Assembly (NCBI GenBank): GCA_002728775.1
Contig: PBVU01000062.1
Location: forward strand, 1-32,537
DNA from: Verrucomicrobiales bacterium
Lineage (GTDB): Bacteria > Verrucomicrobiota > Verrucomicrobiia > Limisphaerales > UBA1100
DNA length: 32,537 bases
Reading direction: 5' to 3'
Within the stretch, counting starts at the first letter, position 1; each line of letters begins with the position of its first letter. This document shows positions 9,701 through 17,498 of the stretch, one piece after another. Made by a program: the position numbers and the translations under genes. The notes beneath the pieces were generated by a model. The model was given only the letters and a program-made list of their open reading frames with translations, was not told the origin of the DNA and ran no database searches.

Positions 9701-9827
9701 TGGGCGCGGGCACTGGCGGCGGCTCGGCCGCAGCCTGCAGCCGAGCACCCCCAGAAACTGCCACGCAAAAAATAATCAACCGTGAAATAAAGACACGGCA
9801 CAAGTGAATTGTCTGTCCTGAATACAC
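6741..9827 (-). CDS. Secretin (GspD/PilQ family) with N-terminal TPR-like region; Amuc_1098-like
   Basis: C-terminal secretin motifs VLSSPEIITVSGRPAQL, VVWDGYTISIGGMI, LPFLGDMPFIGGLFR and IYVTSTIVDPAG. N3-like FFNDRRGIMLVRG...LEMVEQIL. TPR-like LFDAKDYDNAYKYFERVIYLDP. Start moved to GTG 9827 because AAGGAGG lies 5 nt upstream. Confidence 0.92.
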   Translation of the reverse strand: MYSGQTIHLCRVFISRLIIFCVAVSGGARLQAAAEPPPVPAPNLDIPRIIQEERRRLEAARAAANKPPQPEPIGPPFLAEVIEENRNLLNTWIMTAQTAEKEGRIKDAVDMYIFAFKKMQDDEVMPFMPAAEIKPLAEGLTRIQLQRARSVLQDQRDNGRFDEALIALAELGAWMPEAESTRLYLAQAADLGRQVERMKADFKRRSPSRDALTRLAEIRGNQAEIERLLRDGMILFDAKDYDNAYKYFERVIYLDPLEGRAEHYLKQIHNVRIKITDKRRQQQFRERVHKVNEIWIDDDRRHDLPVPNPFYRGPKGLNIQSSPIGGGGGPMGGLMPKFQSSVQQNLGAARIHQKLQSIQVPEIRALNGLTLDEVVTLLDQAVRDADPEKRGINFRINTTIPEKARQAQRPVGLPLAGGPRPRVDAFGLPLLPDVPSEGSASAGQPSGAKPAVPVAPVAPQPKPVQPAPSLADGVTFDPRNVQIRGLTTPLRGLNVGELIAAISESFNVPIHHQVSSFGVTFAYRGPEEEKMFTRKFQINASAVMSGFGLPDHKARLDELKNEGVKLTPVRAHNLPQQVSLNGNVGRPAASGDGSYYKQTGNDLQFGIAPGPGGGAPGPGGPGPGGGAPGGGPGGGGNALLANTAASQAIENLFRQTYGLNVRVFFNDRRGIMLVRGPLSDLEMVEQILDVFNATAPLVKMKAKFAEIEYDDNDALGFEWYLGNLGIGGEKLIVAPGTAPTYIGQPTANNPSGFFPFPGILQGNQFVPSPNSIPPKSTDNHLTSNFKQHGNPMLTLTGILTDPQFRMVLNAMSDKEGVDVLSSPEIITVSGRPAQLNVQDQRYIVTGVTPAFTPGQFGGGGAGAMMPNISSGNFGPQFAAVPYVGSDMFTIEMQVQPTFTEFLGYEDTSFEATAFAGGNVVTQPIALPRFRTRTVNVDCVVWDGYTISIGGMISETVISHKDSLPFLGDMPFIGGLFRGESTQRKKKNMNIYVTSTIVDPAGNPVNTEETLPFMRQPEGEVPNHLGLQP
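7921..8010 (-). repeat. Gly-Pro repeat (APGPGGGAPGPGGPGPGGGAPGGGPGGGG) within the secretin
   Basis: Seen directly in the DNA and the translation. Confidence 0.85.
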
Positions 9828-9832
9828 AATAC

Positions 9833-9886
9833 CCTCCTTGTATTGCAAAAGCAGCCTCACTGTAGCGTTCCGCAAGGGCATGGCAA
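9833..9886 (-). promoter_or_regulatory. Shine-Dalgarno site and possible internal promoter upstream of the secretin gene
   Basis: AAGGAGG at 9839-9833. TTGCCA (9886-9881), 16-nt spacer, TACAGT (9864-9859), within the 91-nt gap after the preceding gene. Confidence 0.4.
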
Positions 9887-9918
9887 GCTTACGGGTTTAA
9901 AAGTTACTCACAGCAGCG

Positions 9919-11217
9919 CTAGCCGCCCCCCATACCGGGAATGGGCAGGCGATACTTCCGGTCGCGCGTGGGATCGGTTTGAGGGGTCAGCAGGGGATCC
10001 TTGCCCAAATGCACATGAGTGGTCGTAACGGCTTCAACAATGTAAACCTGCCCGTCAATGAACAGCTTTCGGCCCGGCCTGCAGGCAGGGATAAGAAACC
10101 GGTGGTTGGTGCCACGGCCGTACTCCAAGTCAATGAAGTCTCCCCGCGGGATCGTATAGCCCAGTTGCGGGGCGAAATTGACACAGGCCCCTTCCTTCTG
10201 GCCCGGCCGCAGGACATAAGCGGGCAATGGAGGTGTTTTGCCATCCCCAAAATGAATGACCCGGTTCGAGGGGTACAGATACAGGCGCAGCTTAAAGGCA
10301 TGATCGCGGGACCCCCGCTGGCCGGTGACCTCATAGAAATGCGCCACCATGCGCTCAGGGTGGCAAAGGGGATCCGTCATGGTTGCGTAGTATGGTGGAT
10401 CCGAAGCGCCGATCTGGGCGGCCCAGTTTTCCCGTTGGGCTAGGGAGGCCTCATTGATGTGTTTCAAAATCGTGTTCTCAAATTTATCCGGCACCAGATC
10501 GTAGGTTCGCTGTAAATAATTCGTGTGCAGCACGTTGGTCACCCCGGCACGCATGATGTTGGTCACGTTCAACCAGTCCGGATGCATTGGAACACTGCTG
10601 GCCCTCAGGGTTGGCTGTCCTCCTTGGCCGGATCCCACCACAATCATGTTCGTCGTGGGCAGGAAGGGATGCAGTTGTGGTGCCTGATAGAGCAGGGCGT
10701 TGGTGGTCTGGTAGCGAAAATATTCGTCCGTAACGGTCAGATAATGACCAATAATGCTGCCGGATGGGTTGAGTCGCACCTCGGCCCAGATGCGCATATT
10801 AAGCGAGTAGGGACGGCCCGCCACCGACAGGGCCTCAATTCCACGTTTGCGCTCCCCGTCATCCGCGCGAAATATGCCGAGGCTGGAATTGGTCAGCCAT
10901 TCCTCAGGTGAAAACAGGAAATGGTTGCTGATGCCCTTGAGCAGTTTCAGGCGGGGCGTCTTGTTGGTGTTGGTAGCCGCGTTAATGGATGCATGCAACT
11001 CCCTGACCTCCTCCTCCTGCACCATGGGCCCGCCGGGCTGGATGACTTTTTTCTCAGTCGGAACCTGCTTGAGTATATCCTCCACATCAGTATTTCGCGC
11101 CAACATCTTGGTCACGGCGAAATACCCCAAGGCACCCAAGACACCTAGCAGGATGATCTTCTCCAGATGATCCAGAAGGACCTTGGCCTTGTCCAAGTAT
11201 GGCTTCAGTTGCTCCAT
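9919..11217 (-). CDS. Membrane-anchored pilus-system protein in the Amuc_1099 position
   Basis: N-terminal HLEKIILLGVLGALGYFAV anchor followed by a soluble region, with an HFLFSP..W motif. Lies between the Amuc_1100-like gene and the secretin. The assignment rests mainly on gene order. Confidence 0.65.
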   Translation of the reverse strand: MEQLKPYLDKAKVLLDHLEKIILLGVLGALGYFAVTKMLARNTDVEDILKQVPTEKKVIQPGGPMVQEEEVRELHASINAATNTNKTPRLKLLKGISNHFLFSPEEWLTNSSLGIFRADDGERKRGIEALSVAGRPYSLNMRIWAEVRLNPSGSIIGHYLTVTDEYFRYQTTNALLYQAPQLHPFLPTTNMIVVGSGQGGQPTLRASSVPMHPDWLNVTNIMRAGVTNVLHTNYLQRTYDLVPDKFENTILKHINEASLAQRENWAAQIGASDPPYYATMTDPLCHPERMVAHFYEVTGQRGSRDHAFKLRLYLYPSNRVIHFGDGKTPPLPAYVLRPGQKEGACVNFAPQLGYTIPRGDFIDLEYGRGTNHRFLIPACRPGRKLFIDGQVYIVEAVTTTHVHLGKDPLLTPQTDPTRDRKYRLPIPGMGGG

Positions 11218-11225
11218 GACTGACC

Positions 11226-12434
11226 CTAGAAACTTCCCGGCGGAGATCCCCCGAGCGGCTCACCAGCAAAGCCTCCCTCGCCATCTTCTGGCATGCCTTC
11301 CCGTCCCTTGCCATATTCTATGTAGTTTCGAATGATGTCGAAGTGTAGTTCCACCTTCAGTTTTTTGATATGAATCACCGGCGAGGCATCCCGGCTGCCC
11401 AACCCCGTGGCCGCCAAGGGAACCCCCAACATCGCCACGGCGGAGGTGTCCACCGCGGGAACCGCGCCGGGCGGGGAAAAACCCGGTCCGCCGCCTGAAC
11501 CGGGCGACGCCCCAAACCCTGTCCCTGCCCCCGGTGGGCCGACCCCGATCATGCCCGCATCATCCATGATCGTCTCGATGCGCAAGCTGCGCGCGACATA
11601 GATGCCATAGCCTGGGGCAGGTTGGGTGGAAATCCTCCAAAGCACCTCGGCCAAGCCCTCGGGATAACAGGTAAAAATCACGCGGTAAGGAATACCGGTC
11701 AAGGTTTCATCCGAGTTGGTGTAATCCTCCAAGTCATCCAGATAGGGCCCCGTACCCTCGCTGATCCCCGCGCTCGCCGTATTGTTGTAGGGAGACGGAC
11801 TCGTCATGGGCCCACCACTCCCACCCATGCCGCCACCCGCGTCCTCCAGTCCCACCCTACGCGTGCGCTGCATGCTTCGGAGTTCAAGAATGCTGCTGGT
11901 CAACAGCAACTCGGAGATGTTCTTGATGTCGTGCAAGGCCAGCGCCAAACCGTAAATCTGATCCTGCGGCGGCGTATTGGTACGCACCTGTTCAAATGTA
12001 AAATCAAACCTCTGGTTGGTATTGCCCGCACCTGTCGCGGTATTGGGCAGTTTCACCCCGTTCGTGTACGCCATGACATTCAGCCGGTCGATTTGCAGAT
12101 GCAACTTGCGCATGAAATCAGTGGGCTTATCTACGCTCACGTTCAGGTTTAACACACCCTTGGCGGAATCGAAAAACTCATCAATCTTCGCCACGTTGGC
12201 ATCCGCCAGATCGATGTTCTCCTGAACCGGCTTGTAGGTCGGGCTGAAGTCAGCTCCCTTGAAGGAGGATTGTGAGCCGGCATAGCTGGATTCCGCCTCG
12301 TCATGCGCCTGTTTTTTTTCGCCGCTCCATTTCAGGGAAAACAACAACGCCCCCACACCCATCAGTAGAAACACCAGCAGTTTCCAGTGGCGCTTCAGGC
12401 CGTAGACAATGGCTTGTACGATGGGGTTGTTCAT
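11226..12434 (-). CDS. Amuc_1100-like (PilO-like) pilus-associated protein
   Basis: Single N-terminal TM. Pattern P..ENI, F...L...I..L...A...GVKLP, FDFTFE, L..IKNISELLL, PYRVIFTC....LAEVL, YVARSLRIE, LKVELHFDII resembles the Amuc_1100 family. Directly follows the pilM fusion. Confidence 0.78.
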   Translation of the reverse strand: MNNPIVQAIVYGLKRHWKLLVFLLMGVGALLFSLKWSGEKKQAHDEAESSYAGSQSSFKGADFSPTYKPVQENIDLADANVAKIDEFFDSAKGVLNLNVSVDKPTDFMRKLHLQIDRLNVMAYTNGVKLPNTATGAGNTNQRFDFTFEQVRTNTPPQDQIYGLALALHDIKNISELLLTSSILELRSMQRTRRVGLEDAGGGMGGSGGPMTSPSPYNNTASAGISEGTGPYLDDLEDYTNSDETLTGIPYRVIFTCYPEGLAEVLWRISTQPAPGYGIYVARSLRIETIMDDAGMIGVGPPGAGTGFGASPGSGGGPGFSPPGAVPAVDTSAVAMLGVPLAATGLGSRDASPVIHIKKLKVELHFDIIRNYIEYGKGREGMPEDGEGGFAGEPLGGSPPGSF

Positions 12435-12437
12435 GGC

Positions 12438-15400
12438 TTAAAATTCCTTTCCGGGTTCGGCCGGCTCCGCACCCGGCTGCTCTTCCCCGGCACCGGGCCC
12501 CTCTTCCCCATTGTTCAACGCTTCCGCCCCGTCCAAGTCCGCCTTTAGCACGATGGGCTCCAGCAGCGGCACGTGGACCTCAAATTCAAAAAACATGTCC
12601 GTCGTCGCCATGTCCACCGGCAGCGGGCTCACAAGCGTGCTGCTCCCTGATTCCGGATCCCCTCCAAAATAGGGGTGCGCGTTGATGCTCCTGATCACCA
12701 TTTCCACAAAGTCACTGTTGGCAATGGTATAGTATTTTTTAAAATTCATCGCCTTAATCTTCAGCCGCAGGCCGGAGATTTCCTCGGGATTCCCCTCATC
12801 CATCGGCACCGCGGCGGCTTCCCCGGGCGCGCCACCCGGTTCCATCAGCTCTTCCTGAGCAACCCCCGGACCAAAGCTGGTCACCCAAAGGGTCGTGGGA
12901 ATGGCTAGGCTGATGGAACAATCCTTGACCCGTTCACTGAACGCCAGAAGCAGTTTTTGATACTCCGGCCAATCCTTTTCTGGAATGGTGGGATCGCGCC
13001 AAACCTCCAAGTACTTGAGGTTCCTTAAAACAGCCAATTGTTCCAGTTCCGGTTGGCGCACGGAGTCCCGCCGCACCCCGGGCCCCACCAAGCCCACGTA
13101 CATTACTTCGTCCGTGTCCGGGTCCAACGCGTAGGAGCCGCCCAGTTGCACCACTTTGTCCAGAGCCGCGGCTACCGGCCCGACCAGTTGCGGATTGACC
13201 TCCTGCCCGTCGCCACGTGGCGCGTCCAGAGTGTATTCCCCGGGGACAGCGCGAATATTGAACCCCACGTTCAAGGGCAGGCCCGAGAAAATGACTCGCG
13301 TCGTTTCATTCAGTTCCCGGCCTGTGTGCAGGCGAACCCAGTTGGAATCGCGCGGCTCAACAAAGTACAGGGTGTCCGAATCCAAGGATTCCAATCCCCG
13401 TGGCCAGTGGTTGGGCGACCCTTTGAAGCGGATGGCGGCCTTGTCTTCCAAGCCATGGTTGGCCCAGAAGATCAAATGGTTGGAAAGGTTTACGCGCGGC
13501 TTCGGCGGTTCCGGGGGCTTGGGCTTTGCTTCGCCATCTGGATTCTCTTCCAAGTCGGGGGGCTCATCGGCGGCGGTGTCATCGGTAACGGGCTCAGGCG
13601 CTTCCACGGGATTTTCCGGTTCCAATCCGAATTTGCCCGGCACCCCTGCATCCGCGAAACGAACGCGGCTCTCCGGTGCCAATTCCGGATCCGAGTACAA
13701 CTCCAGCAAGCCCGGCTGGCCCGGCACATTTTTCACGTAGAACAAATCGTCTCCTTCAAATTCCCGGGGCACCGTGGGCGTGTTGCCCTCAAACCGCACC
13801 GCGTTGCCGCGCACCAGCGGGTGGCCCCGCCAATAGATCAGGTGTGTGTTCGGGTCAATGCCCACCAACTGCTCAAATTCAGTGAACACCACCGGGTTCT
13901 CCCCGTTGTTTGCATCCTCCTCCTTTTCGTGCAGCGTAAAGCCGGGTTCATCGACACCCGCCGTGCCCACAAAGTAAATCTTGTTGACGTCATCCACCCC
14001 TACCGGAAGACGGCCCCGGAACTGCACCGGTTCACCACCTTCAAACATGTTGCCGGTCAACGACAAGGTGCTGTTCCCATCCACCCGAACCGCGCGCCAA
14101 GGCAGCACCGAGATGTCGTCCCCGCCCACCTCACCTGGATATTCGTCCATGGGCAGAATCTGCTTCTTGTCCGCGGGATCAAAATAAGCGGTGATTTTAA
14201 CGTGAGGCTCGATGCGGGAGATGGCTTCCCGCAAAGCCGTCAGCAAGTGGACCCATTCGTATCGGCTTTGCAAAAACACCTGCATCGCCTCCGCCCGGCT
14301 TTTCTTGGAATTGAAGTCCGAAATTCGACTCTCGATCTCGCCCACCTTCGCCTTGATCGGCCCCAAGCCGTCCGGCATGTTCTCCTTGATCTTTTGCGAC
14401 GCCTCCTCCTTCACCTTGGCCATGCTCATGTCATACGCGCCAAAGACAGCGAAGAGCAGTGCCGCGCAAAAAACCACCGCGATCAGGTAGGGCGCACGCC
14501 GGTCAATTTCCCGGCTCACCTTCTCGCGCGTGGGCAACAGGTTGAACTCCGTCATGCCCACCGTCACGTTGCGCAGGCCCAAACCCGCCGCCTCGCCCAA
14601 GGTATGCGCCACCACGGCCAGCTCCTCGCGATTCACCTCTGGAGCAATCTCGATGTTGCGGAAGGGGTTGAAGTACTCCACCTCGATATTCAGCTTTTGC
14701 TGAAAAAAGTTGGCCGTGTAGGGCATCAGTGAGCCACCGCCAGCTAGATACAGCCTAGTGGGCATGGTGCCGCCTTGTTGGCTGCGGTAGAACTGAATGG
14801 TTTGCGACACCTGCTGGTGCAGCCGCGTCATCACATTGCGTGCCACCTTGGCCACGATGGCCTGATAGGGATCCTGCGGATCCTCATACGCGCCGCCCAA
14901 GTGCACAAAGCCGTGGTCGCGCTTGTATTGGTCCGCCGAGGGAAAGTCCAACTGCGCTTCAGCCGCAAATTCCTGCGTGATATTGTTGGAGCCCATGTTG
15001 ATGCTGCGCGCGTAAAACATGCTCCCCTCGATGAAAACCGCGTTGGTCGTGGCCGCGCCAATGTCCAGCAACAGGGCGCACTCTTCCGGCTCGCCGTAGT
15101 TGTGCACAAAGGCGTTGCGCAGCGTGGCCGCCGAGCCGTCGATCAACTGCAGCTTCATGCCGAAGCTCCGGCTTAAATCGGCATAGGCCTCCACCACTTC
15201 CGTCTTCAGCGCCACCAGTAGCACTTCCAGTTCGCCCGAGTCCGCGCTGCCCAGCACCTGATAATCCCACTGCACCTCATCCAGCGGGAAGGGCACGTTT
15301 TGCTGCGCCTCATACTGGATAATTTGGCTGACCTTGGAACCCTCCACCGGCGGCGTGCGCAGCGGCTTGGTAAACACCACGCTGCTCGGCATACAGAAAT

Positions 15401-15659
15401 TTGCCTCCTTGCCCTTGGCGCGGATTTCGTTCTCGTCCAGCGCCTTTTGCAGCGTCAGCTTGATACCCGCAAACGGATCCGGCGGATCCGGTTCCTTGGG
15501 TTCCTCTCCCTCGGCCACTTCCTCCACCTCGGGCTCCGGCGGCTGCTGCATCGGTTCCAGCACGTACCGGTGCAGCTTCAGCATACCATTCGCCTGCGCC
15601 TCGAACTCCGCCATCTTCAGGTGGCCCGAGCCGAAATCGATGGCTAGAAAAGTTTTCAT
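12438..15659 (-). CDS. pilM: Type IV pilus assembly PilM-PilN fusion (Amuc_1101-like) with large periplasmic insertion
   Basis: Actin-fold PilM motifs LAIDFGSGHLK, YEAQQNVPFPLDEVQWDYQ, LLDIGAATT, LYLAGGGS and EYFNPF. These are followed by the PilN start motif EFNLLP, one TM helix, a coiled coil, W..LL..L and later LWVTSF. ATG 15659 preferred over TTG 15677. Confidence 0.9.
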   Translation of the reverse strand: MKTFLAIDFGSGHLKMAEFEAQANGMLKLHRYVLEPMQQPPEPEVEEVAEGEEPKEPDPPDPFAGIKLTLQKALDENEIRAKGKEANFCMPSSVVFTKPLRTPPVEGSKVSQIIQYEAQQNVPFPLDEVQWDYQVLGSADSGELEVLLVALKTEVVEAYADLSRSFGMKLQLIDGSAATLRNAFVHNYGEPEECALLLDIGAATTNAVFIEGSMFYARSINMGSNNITQEFAAEAQLDFPSADQYKRDHGFVHLGGAYEDPQDPYQAIVAKVARNVMTRLHQQVSQTIQFYRSQQGGTMPTRLYLAGGGSLMPYTANFFQQKLNIEVEYFNPFRNIEIAPEVNREELAVVAHTLGEAAGLGLRNVTVGMTEFNLLPTREKVSREIDRRAPYLIAVVFCAALLFAVFGAYDMSMAKVKEEASQKIKENMPDGLGPIKAKVGEIESRISDFNSKKSRAEAMQVFLQSRYEWVHLLTALREAISRIEPHVKITAYFDPADKKQILPMDEYPGEVGGDDISVLPWRAVRVDGNSTLSLTGNMFEGGEPVQFRGRLPVGVDDVNKIYFVGTAGVDEPGFTLHEKEEDANNGENPVVFTEFEQLVGIDPNTHLIYWRGHPLVRGNAVRFEGNTPTVPREFEGDDLFYVKNVPGQPGLLELYSDPELAPESRVRFADAGVPGKFGLEPENPVEAPEPVTDDTAADEPPDLEENPDGEAKPKPPEPPKPRVNLSNHLIFWANHGLEDKAAIRFKGSPNHWPRGLESLDSDTLYFVEPRDSNWVRLHTGRELNETTRVIFSGLPLNVGFNIRAVPGEYTLDAPRGDGQEVNPQLVGPVAAALDKVVQLGGSYALDPDTDEVMYVGLVGPGVRRDSVRQPELEQLAVLRNLKYLEVWRDPTIPEKDWPEYQKLLLAFSERVKDCSISLAIPTTLWVTSFGPGVAQEELMEPGGAPGEAAAVPMDEGNPEEISGLRLKIKAMNFKKYYTIANSDFVEMVIRSINAHPYFGGDPESGSSTLVSPLPVDMATTDMFFEFEVHVPLLEPIVLKADLDGAEALNNGEEGPGAGEEQPGAEPAEPGKEF
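13285..14090 (-). repeat. Three ~70-aa degenerate protein repeats inside the PilN region
   Basis: Units at about 14090-13880, 13860-13650 and 13495-13285 share the pattern [IV][DN]....[LI]....[HN].[LF]..G..V.F.G..P......[IL][YF][FY]V.......L[HY]......V.F. Confidence 0.75.
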
Positions 15660-15684
15660 GCTGGCAGAAAATGCCAACCCACCG

Positions 15685-15706
15685 GCGAATCAGACTCCTG
15701 ATTCGC
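15685..15706 (-). promoter_or_regulatory. Perfect 9-bp hairpin upstream of pilM
   Basis: GCGAATCAG-ACTC-CTGATTCGC, 26-47 nt upstream of ATG 15659. No U-tract, so not an intrinsic terminator. Confidence 0.45.
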
Positions 15707-15919
15707 ACCCGGCCGGTGACATTCCCTCATCGTCAATCTAACTGCTGTAACGCGTTTCAGCAACCATACGGGGCGATTTTTCCGGGAAAAACTGCATTTT
15801 TGCCCGAACCCATCCACCCTCGCCAAGACTCCAGGTCCCAGCTTTGGCAGGCCGCCATTGAACGCCCTCCAAGGCGCAATCTCAATCCTGAATTCACCCG
15901 AGCAATCCCCGTGCCGAAC

Positions 15920-17497
15920 TCACTCCGCCACCCGTCTCCCGGCCATCAAGTCCCAAATCTGCCTCGCCGTGGGCACCCCGCAAAACACCCCCGCCGCCAA
16001 CGCCATTCCGATCATCCCCGCCAATGGCACAAACACCAGCCCCAATCGCTCCCAAAATCCGTCACCCGCGCCCCACCATTCGCCGGACATCACCCGCAGC
16101 CCGGCCCCCACAGCAATCGCTAGGCACAGGCTGCCCAACACCGCCGCCCAGCCGCCGCCATCCAGCCGGTCAGGCCCAAGGCCCCGGCGGCTCAGCGCTC
16201 GAGCTAACAACCGCCAGTTCAGGAATGCACTCAAAGAGTTCGCCACCCCAAACGCCCCCTGCACCTCTTCCTCTCCAAACCAACCGCTGGCCACCAACCC
16301 CATCGCCAACCCCAAGTTCACAAAAAGACAAAAAACGCTTATTTTCATTGGAGTCCGCACATCCCCGCGCGCGTTGAATGCCCGCACCAGCAGCCCCACC
16401 TGCGAATACGACAGGAGCGCCGGTGCCAGGCAAATCAGCGCGAAGGAGACGTGAAGTGTCGACTTGTCCGTGAATTCGCCACGTTCGAACAGCAGCCGCA
16501 CCATCGGTTCCGCCAGCAACACCAACACCCACATCATCAGGCCATTGATGAACAACAGGTGCCGGATTCCCTCCCCCAAGGTGGCTCGGAATTCCCCATC
16601 CTTTTCCTCCGCCGACAACCCTGCCAGGGTCGGCAGCAAAAACACCGCCATCGAGACCCCGAACAAACCCTGCGGCAATTCCATCAGCCGCACCGCGTAG
16701 GTATAGGATGCCACCACGTGGTCTCCCGCCCAGAAGCCAAGGCACTGCGTCGCCAAGACGTTAATCTGGAACGCGGCCGCGCCAATGGCCGCCGGGGCCA
16801 GCTTGCGCCCCACCGCGCGCACCGTCTCGTTCTTCCACGGCGACGTCCATTGCCAGCGAAATCCCTCCTCCTTCATGAGCGGCCATTGGTAAAGCAACTG
16901 CACAACACCTGCCACCAGCACTGCCACCGCCACCGCAAACACCTTGTCCTCCACGCCCCCTTCGATCATGGGGGCAAACAACAACACGGCGGCAATCAGG
17001 AACACATTCAGGATCGCCGGCCCCAGGGCCGGCACAAAAAAATGCCCTCGCGCATTCAGGATACCCATGGCCACCGCCGCCATGCAGACAAGGCCCATGT
17101 ACGGAAACATCCACCGCAGCAGCTCCAGCATCAGCCGCGCCCGGTCGCCCAACTCCCCCCACGCCAACACCGCTGACACTCCCGCCAACACCACGCCCAA
17201 CAGCACAGCCGAAACCACCAGAAGCCCGCTCATCACCGCGTTGGCGCTCCGCCACATCTCCACTTCACCCTCCTTTTTTTCCTTTGCCTTGAAGATGGGG
17301 ATGAATACCTGCGTCAGCGCCCCCTCACCCAACAGGCGCCGAAACAGGTTGGGTATCATGAATGCCAGCATGAAGGCCCCCGCTACCCATCCGTCCCCCA
17401 TGAAACGCGCGTAACAAATCTCCCGCACCATCCCCAACAACCGGCTCACCAAGGTCGCAACCCCCATCGCCCCCGCCGATTTCAGCATTCGCGACAT
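15920..17497 (-). CDS. murJ: Lipid II flippase MurJ (MviN)
   Basis: Motifs TLVSRLLGMVRE, AFMIPNLFRRLLGEGAL, YAVRLMELPQGLFGV, LLFERGEF and RAFNARGDVRTP. Many TM helices. Confidence 0.96.
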   Translation of the reverse strand: MSRMLKSAGAMGVATLVSRLLGMVREICYARFMGDGWVAGAFMLAFMIPNLFRRLLGEGALTQVFIPIFKAKEKKEGEVEMWRSANAVMSGLLVVSAVLLGVVLAGVSAVLAWGELGDRARLMLELLRWMFPYMGLVCMAAVAMGILNARGHFFVPALGPAILNVFLIAAVLLFAPMIEGGVEDKVFAVAVAVLVAGVVQLLYQWPLMKEEGFRWQWTSPWKNETVRAVGRKLAPAAIGAAAFQINVLATQCLGFWAGDHVVASYTYAVRLMELPQGLFGVSMAVFLLPTLAGLSAEEKDGEFRATLGEGIRHLLFINGLMMWVLVLLAEPMVRLLFERGEFTDKSTLHVSFALICLAPALLSYSQVGLLVRAFNARGDVRTPMKISVFCLFVNLGLAMGLVASGWFGEEEVQGAFGVANSLSAFLNWRLLARALSRRGLGPDRLDGGGWAAVLGSLCLAIAVGAGLRVMSGEWWGAGDGFWERLGLVFVPLAGMIGMALAAGVFCGVPTARQIWDLMAGRRVAE

Positions 17498-17498
17498 C

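Noticed and set aside
12905-14200. Intein or mobile element as the explanation for the PilN insertion
   Set aside because: No Cys/Ser start with His-Asn end, no homing endonuclease or transposase motifs, and no terminal repeats seen.
13038-14732. 564-aa ORF on the + strand
   Set aside because: Antisense shadow of the pilM-pilN fusion. No recognisable motifs, and long antisense frames are expected at high GC.
15660-15680. Sigma54 promoter (TTGGCA...TGC) upstream of pilM
   Set aside because: GG to GC spacing is 8 nt rather than the required 10, and the site abuts the start codon.
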